Below are positions 20,442-30,420 of a stretch of 39,632 bases of DNA, one piece after another. Both the position numbers and the translations under genes were made by a program. The DNA comes from Microcystaceae cyanobacterium (lineage in GTDB: Bacteria > Cyanobacteriota > Cyanobacteriia > Cyanobacteriales > Microcystaceae), in the NCBI GenBank assembly GCA_041746575.1, contig JBGTGT010000049.1, forward strand, positions 1 to 39,632, in the 5' to 3' direction. The notes below the pieces were generated by a model, which was not told where the DNA came from, did no database searches, and saw only the letters and a list, made by a program, of their open reading frames with translations. The number at the start of each line of letters is the position of its first letter. Position 1 is the first letter of the stretch.

Positions 20442-20476
20442 ATGATTGATCTCTACTATACTATTGGACAACGCCT
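20442..20476 (+). pseudogene. 5' relic of a YfcG-like glutathione S-transferase gene
   Basis: GGAGGAG RBS (about 20427-20433), then ATG ATT GAT CTC TACTA TACTA T TGG ACA ACG CCT. Removing one TACTA gives MIDLYYWTTP, the typical start of YfcG/Nu-class GSTs (MIDLYYWTTPNG). The match ends after Pro. Confidence 0.55.
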
Positions 20477-20524
20477 TTTCTGTAAGAAACTGACCTCCCT
20501 TACCTCAGTTTTAGGGCAATTCGG

Positions 20525-21040
20525 TTAAGTAGGTGTGCGGAGGAAACGACCTGCCAACTGAAAAACATCTCCTAAATCCACATCACCGTCTTTGTCGCCA
20601 TCGAGAAAGGAATTCAATAGTGGATTTCCTCCCGGTACGCCGGGTTTCGTTTTACCCATATTGAGTAAGCTTAATACTGCTGGAACGAGAACTGGAATTA
20701 TTCCCCGTAACATTTCCTCATTCAAGCCGGTTTTTCGGCTTAATTTCTCTACAAATTGTGAAGTTAAAGAAGAAGTGAGTAGGGAATTGACTCCCCCTCC
20801 ACCCGCCAATGACCCTAACGTACTAGATAATGCACTCGAATTTGCCCCTAGTCCTTCATTTTTGAGAGTAGGGCGTAATAATTCCCCTAATTTTGACACT
20901 AGGGTTTGCATGGTTGAGTCGTCGATTCCATTTTGACGAGCAAGACCTTGAATGGTACTCATGACATTACTGAGTTGGTCGACACTGGCTTCTTGTTCGG
21001 GGTTATTAATGGCACTTAAAACATCAAAAAACAGTCCCAT
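20525..21040 (-). CDS. DUF937-like protein
   Basis: MGLFFDVLSAINNP start, Gly/Leu-rich helical body, C-terminal FLDGDKDGDVDLGD (DxDxDG loop). Confidence 0.7.
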   Translation of the reverse strand: MGLFFDVLSAINNPEQEASVDQLSNVMSTIQGLARQNGIDDSTMQTLVSKLGELLRPTLKNEGLGANSSALSSTLGSLAGGGGVNSLLTSSLTSQFVEKLSRKTGLNEEMLRGIIPVLVPAVLSLLNMGKTKPGVPGGNPLLNSFLDGDKDGDVDLGDVFQLAGRFLRTPT

Positions 21041-21192
21041 AGTTTCTCCAGATATTGAGCAGAACAGAACAAAATTAATGCTATTAACGAGAATAGTATT
21101 AATAATGGAGACTTAATTGTAAAGGATGTCGTGCCACCTATGGGTTAAAAAATGTAATAGTTGATTAATCTCTCTATTCAGATGAACCCAAA

Positions 21193-22626
21193 ATGAGCTT
21201 TTTTGAAAAGATGACTCAAGCGATCGCTGCCCACGATAGTCTCTTGATTGTGGGGTTAGATCCTAATCCTGAGATGTTGCCATCCTTTATCGCGCAAAAA
21301 AGCCAAAATTTGTCAGAGCAACTTGAAAAATGGCTCATTTGGGTGATTAAAGAAACCGTCGATCAGGTTTGTGCGTATAAACCTACCTTAGGATTTTACG
21401 AAGCGTTAGGCAAAGATGGATGGGATCTCTTTTCAAAAATTTGTCAAAGGATTCCAGCGACAATTCCGATTATTTTAGATAGCAAATATGGCGATCTCAA
21501 TACTAGCACGCTCCTTGCTAAAACCTTTTTTGAAAAATGGCAAGTTGATGGCATTACCCTAACGCCTTTTGCGGGACAAGATCAAGCCGCCCCCTTTTTA
21601 GTTTATCCGGATAAAGGGGTATTTATTCTCTGTCATACCTCTAATCCCAGTGCTGAGAAATTACAAGATTATCCCACGCCTGAAAATCCTTTTTATCTCC
21701 ATCTCATCGAAGAAGTTAAAACATGGGGAACGCCTGAACAACTTTGTTTGGAAATAGGAACAAGTAACCCAGAAGTCGTTCAAAAAATCCGTCAAATCAG
21801 TCCAGAACGCTTAATTTTGTTAAGAAGTTTGTGGCAAGAAAATATTAATTTAAAACAAATTTTAACAGCAGGATTAGATGCCAATGGGGCAGGATTATTG
21901 ATTCCCATTCCTCAAGATTTTCTCAGTCGCATAGATTTGGCGGACCAAGTCAAAAAACTGAGAGACGAGATTAATCAAGTCCGCCAACAATCGCAATCGT
22001 CAACTCTAATTTGTGAACTTTGGACCTCGAATATTCCCCCGTCTTCCCATCATCCTCATCAGGATTTGATTTTACAACTTTATGATTTAGGGTGTCTGTT
22101 ATTTGGGGATTATGTGCAATCCTCTGGGGCAACTTTTTCCTATTATGTAGATCTCCGACAAATCATTTCTAATCCTCAATTGTTTCATCGGGTTCTAAAA
22201 GCTTACGCCGATATTTTAAAGACCTTAACCTTTGATCGCATTGCCGGAATTCCCTACGGTTCTTTACCCACAGCAACGGGGTTATCTTTAATGTTACACC
22301 ATCCCATGATTTATCCCCGCAAAGAAGTCAAAGCCCACGGTACTCGTCGTTTAATTGAAGGAGATTTTCAGTCAGGAGAAACGGTCGTTGTGGTTGATGA
22401 TATTTTAATTACGGGAAAAAGCATCATTGAAGGCGCAAAAAAAATTCAATCGGCAGGATTAACCGTTAAAGACATGGTGGTTTTTATTGATCACGAAGCC
22501 GGCGTAAAAAGCAAAATTCAAGATCAAGGTTATAATTCCCATGCGGTGTTAACGCTGTCTGAAATTACCGAAACGCTTTATGAGGCGAAACGCATTACCT
22601 TGGAACAATATCAGCATCTAAAATAA
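21193..22626 (+). CDS. pyrFE: Bifunctional OMP decarboxylase / orotate phosphoribosyltransferase (PyrF-PyrE fusion)
   Basis: VGLDP, AYKPTLGFY, ILDSKYGD (DxKxxD), LCHTSNP; C-terminal PRT with YYVDLR, RKEVKAHG and VVVVDDILITG. Confidence 0.92.
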   Translation: MSFFEKMTQAIAAHDSLLIVGLDPNPEMLPSFIAQKSQNLSEQLEKWLIWVIKETVDQVCAYKPTLGFYEALGKDGWDLFSKICQRIPATIPIILDSKYGDLNTSTLLAKTFFEKWQVDGITLTPFAGQDQAAPFLVYPDKGVFILCHTSNPSAEKLQDYPTPENPFYLHLIEEVKTWGTPEQLCLEIGTSNPEVVQKIRQISPERLILLRSLWQENINLKQILTAGLDANGAGLLIPIPQDFLSRIDLADQVKKLRDEINQVRQQSQSSTLICELWTSNIPPSSHHPHQDLILQLYDLGCLLFGDYVQSSGATFSYYVDLRQIISNPQLFHRVLKAYADILKTLTFDRIAGIPYGSLPTATGLSLMLHHPMIYPRKEVKAHGTRRLIEGDFQSGETVVVVDDILITGKSIIEGAKKIQSAGLTVKDMVVFIDHEAGVKSKIQDQGYNSHAVLTLSEITETLYEAKRITLEQYQHLK

Positions 22627-22796
22627 AAATTGAAGCAGAAAACCCGTTATTTTTGTTATCTCGCCGATTTTCTCCCGATAAGACTTCAATAAACGTTTCC
22701 CATTCCCCTTGTTGAATCCACAAATTCGGTTTATCATGGGAAGTCCGTGCGTATTCATCATGACGTTAGGGAATTGTCGAATTCAGAGAGTAGGAT

Positions 22797-22970
22797 ATGA
22801 ACCTTGAACCGTCTCTTAAACAAGCTTCAGATGCCCTTTTGATGGGTGATTGGGCGAGATATCAGCGAATTTTGCGCAGTATCCCTTCCACTCAGGAAAC
22901 AGAATTTTTGAAAAAACTTGATGGCATTTTACGAAAGATTAAACAACGTCGCCAATCTCAAGCCAAATGA
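22797..22970 (+). CDS. Putative small protein (57 aa), not in the ORF track
   Basis: MNLEPSLKQASDALLMGDWARYQRILRSIPSTQETEFLKKLDGILRKIKQRRQSQAK*, preceded by purine-rich GAGAGTAGGA; helical-looking with a basic C-terminus. Confidence 0.4.
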   Translation: MNLEPSLKQASDALLMGDWARYQRILRSIPSTQETEFLKKLDGILRKIKQRRQSQAK

Positions 22971-23221
22971 AAAGTCTTGAATTTTTGCTTTTAAATGTTC
23001 TCTTTTTCGATGCAATCTCGAATTATTAGGGGTTAAATTGCTTTCAGTTAAAATTAACAGGGGTCATGGTTGCAAAAAGAGCTTCAAAGACAAGGGCTTG
23101 TATGGCAATCTCCCCTCTAAAATCTTTGGTTACAAACGGCTTTTCGTTCAAAACGATAACCTCCTTTTCTAAGTTTAGGATTTTCTTAATGCCGTTGAAC
23201 GAGGTTATTTTGTTTATTTCT

Positions 23222-23230
23222 TGGTACAAT
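23222..23230 (+). promoter_or_regulatory. Extended -10 promoter of the thiC leader
   Basis: TGGTACAAT (TGn-TACAAT) about 10 nt upstream of the riboswitch. Confidence 0.55.
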
Positions 23231-23240
23231 GATCAATCAA

Positions 23241-23320
23241 AGCTAGGGGTGTCTAAATGACACTAGACTGAGAAAGACCCTTAGAACCTGAGACTGGGTA
23301 ATACCAGCGTAGGGAAGCTG
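23241..23320 (+). ncRNA. TPP riboswitch (thi-box)
   Basis: AGCT-AGGGGTG...CTGAGA (23268-23273)...ACCCTTAGAACCTGA-GA-CTGG-GTAATA-CCAG-CGTAGGGA-AGCT; P1, P3 and P5 pairings are visible; lies immediately upstream of thiC. Confidence 0.96.
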
Positions 23321-23328
23321 TTTATTGA

Positions 23329-24729
<1,401 letters not shown>

Positions 24730-24756
24730 CGCTCTATTTCTTCTACAATTGATCAA

Positions 24757-24783
24757 GGGGTGGGCAACGAGTCCACCTTTTTT
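24757..24783 (+). terminator. Intrinsic terminator after thiC
   Basis: GGTGGGC-AACGA-GTCCACC hairpin followed by a T6 run. Confidence 0.7.
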
Positions 24784-24847
24784 AATTTAAAAAGAAGGAT
24801 ATAATAGACGATTAGCTTAACATCGTGCATCTCAATATCAAAAAACT

Positions 24848-25666
24848 ATGATCTGGCCGTTTAGAAAAAGAACGCGGAAACAAATTGCTCGTATTGAAAT
24901 TAATGGGGCAATTGGCTCTGAAACTCGTAAAAATGTCTTAAAAGCCTTAAAAACAATCAAAGAAAAAAAATATCCTGCCCTTCTTTTGCGCATCGACTCA
25001 CCGGGGGGAACAGTGGGGGATTCTCAAGAAATCTATGAAGCTTTGAAGCATTTGCGCGAAAAGATTAAAGTTTTAGCGAGCTTTGGTAACATTTCTGCAT
25101 CAGGCGGCGTTTATATCGGCATGGGGGCAGAGTATATCATGGCTAACCCCGGCACAATTACGGGAAGTATCGGTGTAATTTTACGGGGCAATAATCTCGA
25201 AAAACTGTTAGAAAAGGTGGGAGTTTCTTTTAAAGTCATTAAATCAGGTCCTTATAAGGATATTCTGGCTTTTGATCGAGAATTAACCATAGAAGAACAA
25301 AATATCTTACAAGAGATGATAGATACCAGTTATGAGCAGTTTGTGACAACCGTTGCCGAAGCGCGTGAACTGCCGCTAGAAGCCGTTAAATCTTTCGCTG
25401 ATGGTCGAGTTTTCACGGGACAGCAAGCACTATCTTTAGGATTAGTTGATCGTTTAGGCACAGAAGAAGATGCCCGTCGTTGGTTAGCAGAGTTAGTGGG
25501 ACTTGATCCCGAAAAAACCGAATGTAAAACCATTGAATCTCCTAAATCGCTCGTTAATCGTCTTTTATCCCAAAACGAAACTTCTATCGGATTAAGTTCG
25601 GCCATCCATTGGTTAGACTATGAATTAAAAACCAACGGCCAACCTTTATGGTTATATCGTCCTTAA
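24848..25666 (+). CDS. sppA: Signal peptide peptidase SppA (short, peptidase S49)
   Basis: LRIDSPGG, SASGGVY, TITGSIGV, KSGPYKD and DGRVFTG. Confidence 0.92.
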   Translation: MIWPFRKRTRKQIARIEINGAIGSETRKNVLKALKTIKEKKYPALLLRIDSPGGTVGDSQEIYEALKHLREKIKVLASFGNISASGGVYIGMGAEYIMANPGTITGSIGVILRGNNLEKLLEKVGVSFKVIKSGPYKDILAFDRELTIEEQNILQEMIDTSYEQFVTTVAEARELPLEAVKSFADGRVFTGQQALSLGLVDRLGTEEDARRWLAELVGLDPEKTECKTIESPKSLVNRLLSQNETSIGLSSAIHWLDYELKTNGQPLWLYRP

Positions 25667-25789
25667 TCCTTTTTTTGCGGAAGTTGGGCAATAAAATAGA
25701 AAATTAATTGTTTAACTAAAGATCGGTTAATGTTTCGCCAATCGTCGTAGATAGGGTACGATTAATTATTAGTTGCAAAAAGAAATGCG

Positions 25790-26457
25790 ATGTTAATCTC
25801 TCTACACCTACCCAAAACAGCCGGCTCAAGCTTTTCGGCTTCGATTGCAAGGTATTATCAAGACAGTTTGATGTATGATTATGGCGATTTGCCCATTAAT
25901 ACTCCTGTCTTTAAAAGGAATGTAACGGCTTTAAAAAATTGTATTCCCAATGCCATTAAAACCTATAAAAACATCGAATGTATTCATGGGCATTTTCTTC
26001 CATTAAAGTATTTGTTTTGCAGGAATACCAAATTTGTAACATGGATGCGTGATCCCAAAGATTAGGCTCTCATTATTTTTATTGGCTAAGAAATTATAAT
26101 CCTCAAAAAGCTCCTCCTTTACAGAGAAAAGTGGTCGAGGAAAAATGGTCTTTAGAACGCTTTTGTTTGAGTCCAGAATTTAAAAACTTCTATAGCCAAT
26201 TTTTATGGAGTTTTCCGATTGAGCGATTTGATTTCATTGGCATAACAGAATATTATGAAACTGAAATGGCCTATTTCTCCGATCAAATCCTTGGCGCAAA
26301 ACTTCAGATCGTTGAAAAAAACAAAAATCCCAGTAAAGATAGCACGAATTCCTCTTATTTCGAGGACAGTGGACTAAGAGAAAGGATAGAACAATATCAT
26401 AGTAAGGATATTTTTTTATATAAACAAGCAATAAATATGCGACTCAAAAGGTGCTAA
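25790..26457 (+). pseudogene. Sulfotransferase-family gene split by a frameshift
   Basis: 5'-PSB motif HLPKTAGSS, IHGHF and 3'-PB VTWMRDP, then stop at 26063-26065. The expected continuation RLGSHYFYW is in the other frame (26059 onward) and runs into ORF 26131..26457 (FDFIGITE, DIFLY). Confidence 0.82.
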
Positions 26458-26670
26458 TTTTGACCTTTACTGAATGAGTTTTGCTTGTCAGAATGAGCTA
26501 TATCCATTATTCAACAAGAGCTTGGGCGCATTTAGTCTCTAATGCTCATACCCTAAGTTCGATAAAAGCCTTATTGAACGACTGACTCATGACTGGTCAC
26601 AGGTGACTGGCACTGATAAACTGTATGCTTAGATATGGCTATCAACGTTCGTTTTGGGAGGAATGGGGTT

Positions 26671-27057
26671 GTGATGTGGAAAGTTAGGGCGATTCGAGGC
26701 GCAATCACAGTTTCAGAAAATACAATACCTGCGATTCGAGAAGCAGTGATTGAGTTATTGGATGGGATTGAGAAAGCGAATCAATTGGTAGCAGAAGATA
26801 TTGTTAATGTGATATTCACGGCGACAACTGATCTTGACGCCATTTTTCCAGCCGCCATCGCTCGTCAGTACAAAGATTGGCAATATGTTCCTCTATTAGA
26901 TGTTCAACAAATGGCAGTTGAATCGGGATTAGAACGTTGTATTCGGGTGTTAATCCAAGTCAATACCCTTAAAACGCAAAAGGAGATGCACCATTGCTAT
27001 CTCAGGGAAGCAGAACGCTTGCGTCTTGACCTTTTATCAGTTAACAGTAACGCTTAA
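26671..27057 (+). CDS. aroH: Chorismate mutase, AroH class
   Basis: VRAIRGAI, FTATTDLDAIFPAAIAR, CIRVLI, YLREAERLR. Start is probably GTG 26671 or ATG 26674, after GGGAGG. Confidence 0.92.
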   Translation: MMWKVRAIRGAITVSENTIPAIREAVIELLDGIEKANQLVAEDIVNVIFTATTDLDAIFPAAIARQYKDWQYVPLLDVQQMAVESGLERCIRVLIQVNTLKTQKEMHHCYLREAERLRLDLLSVNSNA

Positions 27058-27294
27058 ACAAAGGGTTAATCTTTCGTTCTTAACAACAATGATATGCAAT
27101 GATAATGACTAAAAAGGTCAATCTTGTTTAATCGAAAATCGTGCTTCACCATTTGACGGATTCAGCCAAAGAGGGAAGTCTGGGGTTATACTTAATGGCT
27201 AAAGTGTATAGAACTGTAGCGATCATTATTATTCGTTAACCTAGCTCAATCTCTAATTTTAACGACGTAAACCTAAGGGAGGTCACATCAAATC

Positions 27295-27978
27295 GTGAAT
27301 ATTGCAGAAATTATGAACAAGGGGGGCGTAGCCATGTGGCCACTGCTATTCCTGTCAATTTTAGCCCTTAGCACTATTTTAGAACGTCTTTACTTTTGGA
27401 TTCGTTTTCTTTTACAGGAAGGACAAGTTGCTAACCGAGTATTAGATGCGGCGACTCGCAATTGGCAAATTGCCAAGAAAGTAGCGATGGAATATCGCAA
27501 AAACCCGATGGGACGCTATCTTTACGCTCCTTTACAACTGTCTTCGCCAGATCCTGAGGTTTTTCACTTTGCCTTAGAATCAGAGGCGGATAATCAACTG
27601 GCTTTAATGCGTCGAGGAGAAAAAGTTTTAGAATCGGTCATTGCTCTTTCGCCTTTGTTAGGATTGTTAGGAACGGTCTTAGGGTTAATTAAGTCCCTTA
27701 GTTCTATTCAAATTAGTGACTTAGGAACAGCTTCGACCACGGGTGTAACACTGGGCATCGGAGAATCACTGATTTCAACGGCAACAGGCTTAATTATTGC
27801 CATTATCAGTTTAGCTTTTTATCGTCTTTTTCAAGGTTTCTGGTTTAACCAAGTCCGCATTTTTCGTAAGGCGGGCAGTCAATTGGAAGTCCTTTATCGT
27901 CAATATTGGTTAGGCAACGAAAATCCAAGTTACGCCCTGAGTAATCCCTTAGAAACCTCTGATATGCTTGATAATTAA
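27295..27978 (+). CDS. exbB: MotA/TolQ/ExbB proton channel protein
   Basis: [22 protein letters not shown] and [13 protein letters not shown]. Confidence 0.9.
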   Translation: MNIAEIMNKGGVAMWPLLFLSILALSTILERLYFWIRFLLQEGQVANRVLDAATRNWQIAKKVAMEYRKNPMGRYLYAPLQLSSPDPEVFHFALESEADNQLALMRRGEKVLESVIALSPLLGLLGTVLGLIKSLSSIQISDLGTASTTGVTLGIGESLISTATGLIIAIISLAFYRLFQGFWFNQVRIFRKAGSQLEVLYRQYWLGNENPSYALSNPLETSDMLDN

Positions 27979-27994
27979 TCCAATATAGGGACTT

Positions 27995-28621
27995 ATGACT
28001 GAAGTATCATCAACTCGCAACCCCGTACCGAAAAAAACACCTTCGACCATTGTTGCCCGTCCCTTTAAGCTCTGGCAAGAACAGTCGCCCAGTCAAGAGG
28101 TTCAAATCAATCTTATTCCACTTATTGATGTCATTTTCTGCATTTTAACCTTTTTTATCTTAGGCGCAGTTGGTTTATCTCGCCAGCAAGCCATCCAACT
28201 TGACTTACCAAAAGCCAGTACAGGAAGTCCCCAAATGCGGGAAATGCTAGTCGTCAGTTTAGATGATTTTGGTCAGGTTTATGTGGAAAAACAACCTGTC
28301 ACCCGTAATCAACTCCAAGAAGCCCTAAAAAATTATAACCAGTACAATCCGAATGGCTTGATGGTCCTTCATGCCTCCCGTAATGTCACTTACAATGAAG
28401 TTGCCCAAGTATTAGACGTATTACGCCAAGTAGGAGGAAATCGAGTGGCCTTAGCGACGCTACCCGGCGAAGCAAAATCCACCGATACGCCTTCTTATAC
28501 CAATCCCAACTTACTGCCCCTTGCTCCACCAGCAACCGATCTACCCCAAGGTTATCAAAGTCCTTTTCCTTCTAATCAGTCTCCTCCCCCTCGTCTCAAT
28601 TTACCGCCTAATACACCATAA
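27995..28621 (+). CDS. exbD: ExbD/TolR protein with Pro-rich C-terminal tail
   Basis: INLIPLIDVIFCILTFF TM with the conserved Asp, LDLPKAS; directly follows exbB. Confidence 0.9.
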   Translation: MTEVSSTRNPVPKKTPSTIVARPFKLWQEQSPSQEVQINLIPLIDVIFCILTFFILGAVGLSRQQAIQLDLPKASTGSPQMREMLVVSLDDFGQVYVEKQPVTRNQLQEALKNYNQYNPNGLMVLHASRNVTYNEVAQVLDVLRQVGGNRVALATLPGEAKSTDTPSYTNPNLLPLAPPATDLPQGYQSPFPSNQSPPPRLNLPPNTP

Positions 28622-28640
28622 AATCACCTCAAACCGAGCT

Positions 28641-29141
28641 TTAGCTTTGCATCCGACAGGCTAATAACTGTTCTTCTAAGGTGGCAATTCGGTTATAGGC
28701 GGCTGTTAATTGTGCCATGAGACGGCGAATTTGAATCTCGGAAGAAACAGCGAATTCATGAACAGTTGACGGAATCGGTTGGGGAGGTTCATCTTCTAAA
28801 AGAACATCTTTATGCTCTAAAGTGGCACGATATCGTCCTTGATACTGATCATAGGTGCGATACTGAGGGAGATTGTCATTCCCGTGCATCGGTTCTTCGT
28901 TATTTCCCACTAATTCCACGTTCTCTGAGACAGGCATCATCGTCATGACGGGCGGCAAGTCAGGGCGGTGAGAAAGACGGGGTAACGGTTGTAGGGAATC
29001 CTCGCCAGAAAAGCCAGAAGACGAAGGGGAGGGGTGGGGAGGGGTTAGAACGGTTAATTGTCCGCTAAGGCGTTCAACAATATAGTTTAATTGTTCTACT
29101 TTCTGATTGAGTGAGTTGATTTGCTGTTGCAACACATCCAT
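28641..29141 (-). CDS. Hypothetical protein with terminal coiled coils
   Basis: N-terminal heptads (LQQQINSLNQKVEQL), Pro/Ser-rich linker, C-terminal EIQIRRLMAQLTAAYNRIATLEEQLL. Confidence 0.72.
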   Translation of the reverse strand: MDVLQQQINSLNQKVEQLNYIVERLSGQLTVLTPPHPSPSSSGFSGEDSLQPLPRLSHRPDLPPVMTMMPVSENVELVGNNEEPMHGNDNLPQYRTYDQYQGRYRATLEHKDVLLEDEPPQPIPSTVHEFAVSSEIQIRRLMAQLTAAYNRIATLEEQLLACRMQS

Positions 29142-29367
29142 AAAAATTACCCCAAAATAAATTCTTCCTAATTACTATGCTAGAGTCGCTCAGACTGAAG
29201 TGAGTCAGATTCCTGATTCATTTAACGATTGCTTTATACCTCTTCATTAACATTATCTGTCAGTTAATTTTTTTAAATTGAAGAGCAACTTAAGAGAGTT
29301 GGGGATTAAAGACGATAAATGATAAGATCAAGTTAATTATCCAGACAAGAACGATCATTTATCTACA

Positions 29368-30357
29368 ATGTTGACTCACACTGCCCAAGAAAGCTTAAAA
29401 ATTCATTTTCTTCCCTATTCTTTCTACCGAATGGGTGATGACGTACGACAAGGTTTAAGCACTTTTCCTAAGTCTTTACCACCTCAATATTTTTATGATG
29501 AAAAGGGGTCTCAATTATTTGAAAAAATTTGTGATTTAGCTGAATATTATCCAACTCGCACAGAAACGGCGATTTTATCCGACTATATTGCAGAAATTGC
29601 CACAATCACTGGCGTTTGTGAATTGGTTGAATTAGGCAGTGGGAGTTCTCGGAAAACACGGTTAATCTTGGATGCCTATCAGGAGATGAGTGAACAAGGG
29701 CAGTATGTTCCCATTGATGTAAGCGGGGAGATGTTAAAATCCAGTGCCTTGCAATTGCAAAAAGAATATCCGACCTTATCCCTTAATGCTTTTGTGGGAA
29801 CTTATGAGCAAGGGATAAATGCCTTGCAACCGACTGATTATCCGACTCGAATGATCTTTTTTTTGGGGAGTTCAATTGGTAATTTTAATCCTCGAGAATG
29901 TGATCAATTTTTAAGTGAAATTGCGACCGTTTTAGCTAAGGGTGAGTATTTTTTATTGGGCATAGATTTGCAAAAAAGAATTGATATTTTAGAAGCGGCT
30001 TACAATGACAGTTTAGGTGTCACGGCAGCTTTTAACTTAAATATGTTAGCTCACTTAAACGATCGTTTTCAAGGGAATTTTAACCTCGATTTGTATCGCC
30101 ATCAAGCCCTTTATAATACTGTCGATCATCAAATTGAAATGTATTTAATTTCTCAAGCAGATCAAACTGTTCACTTAGCGGAACTTGACTTAACGGTATC
30201 GTTAGCAAAAAGCGAAAAGATTTTAACGGAAATTTCTCGAAAGTTTAATAGAGAAGCCATGCAAAGCTTACTAGCATCAAAAGGCTTAAAAACAATTAAA
30301 ACATTCACTGGTAAACAGCAATGGTTTGGTTTAATTCTTTGTCAAAAAATAGCATAA
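29368..30357 (+). CDS. egtD: L-histidine N-alpha-trimethyltransferase (hercynine synthase)
   Basis: KSLPPQYFYDEKGSQLFEKIC, EYYPTRTE, ELGSGS, FLGSSIGN, AYNDSLGVTAAFNLN and TEISRKF. Confidence 0.93.
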   Translation: MLTHTAQESLKIHFLPYSFYRMGDDVRQGLSTFPKSLPPQYFYDEKGSQLFEKICDLAEYYPTRTETAILSDYIAEIATITGVCELVELGSGSSRKTRLILDAYQEMSEQGQYVPIDVSGEMLKSSALQLQKEYPTLSLNAFVGTYEQGINALQPTDYPTRMIFFLGSSIGNFNPRECDQFLSEIATVLAKGEYFLLGIDLQKRIDILEAAYNDSLGVTAAFNLNMLAHLNDRFQGNFNLDLYRHQALYNTVDHQIEMYLISQADQTVHLAELDLTVSLAKSEKILTEISRKFNREAMQSLLASKGLKTIKTFTGKQQWFGLILCQKIA

Positions 30358-30420
30358 ATTTGTCATCTTTTCTAAACAAGAACTCCAAAATAACTTGAAG
30401 AATTAATCCAGAAGAATCGT

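Noticed and set aside
21193..22626. PyrF-PyrE fusion as a novelty
   Set aside because: This fusion order is already known in cyanobacteria.
26579..26623. Degenerate ACTGA/ACTGG short repeats upstream of aroH as a CRISPR or STRR array
   Set aside because: Units are irregular and very short, with no repeat-spacer structure and no cas genes.
27095..27113. Fur box upstream of exbB
   Set aside because: Only 12/19 match and about 180 nt from the start; biologically plausible but not supportable.
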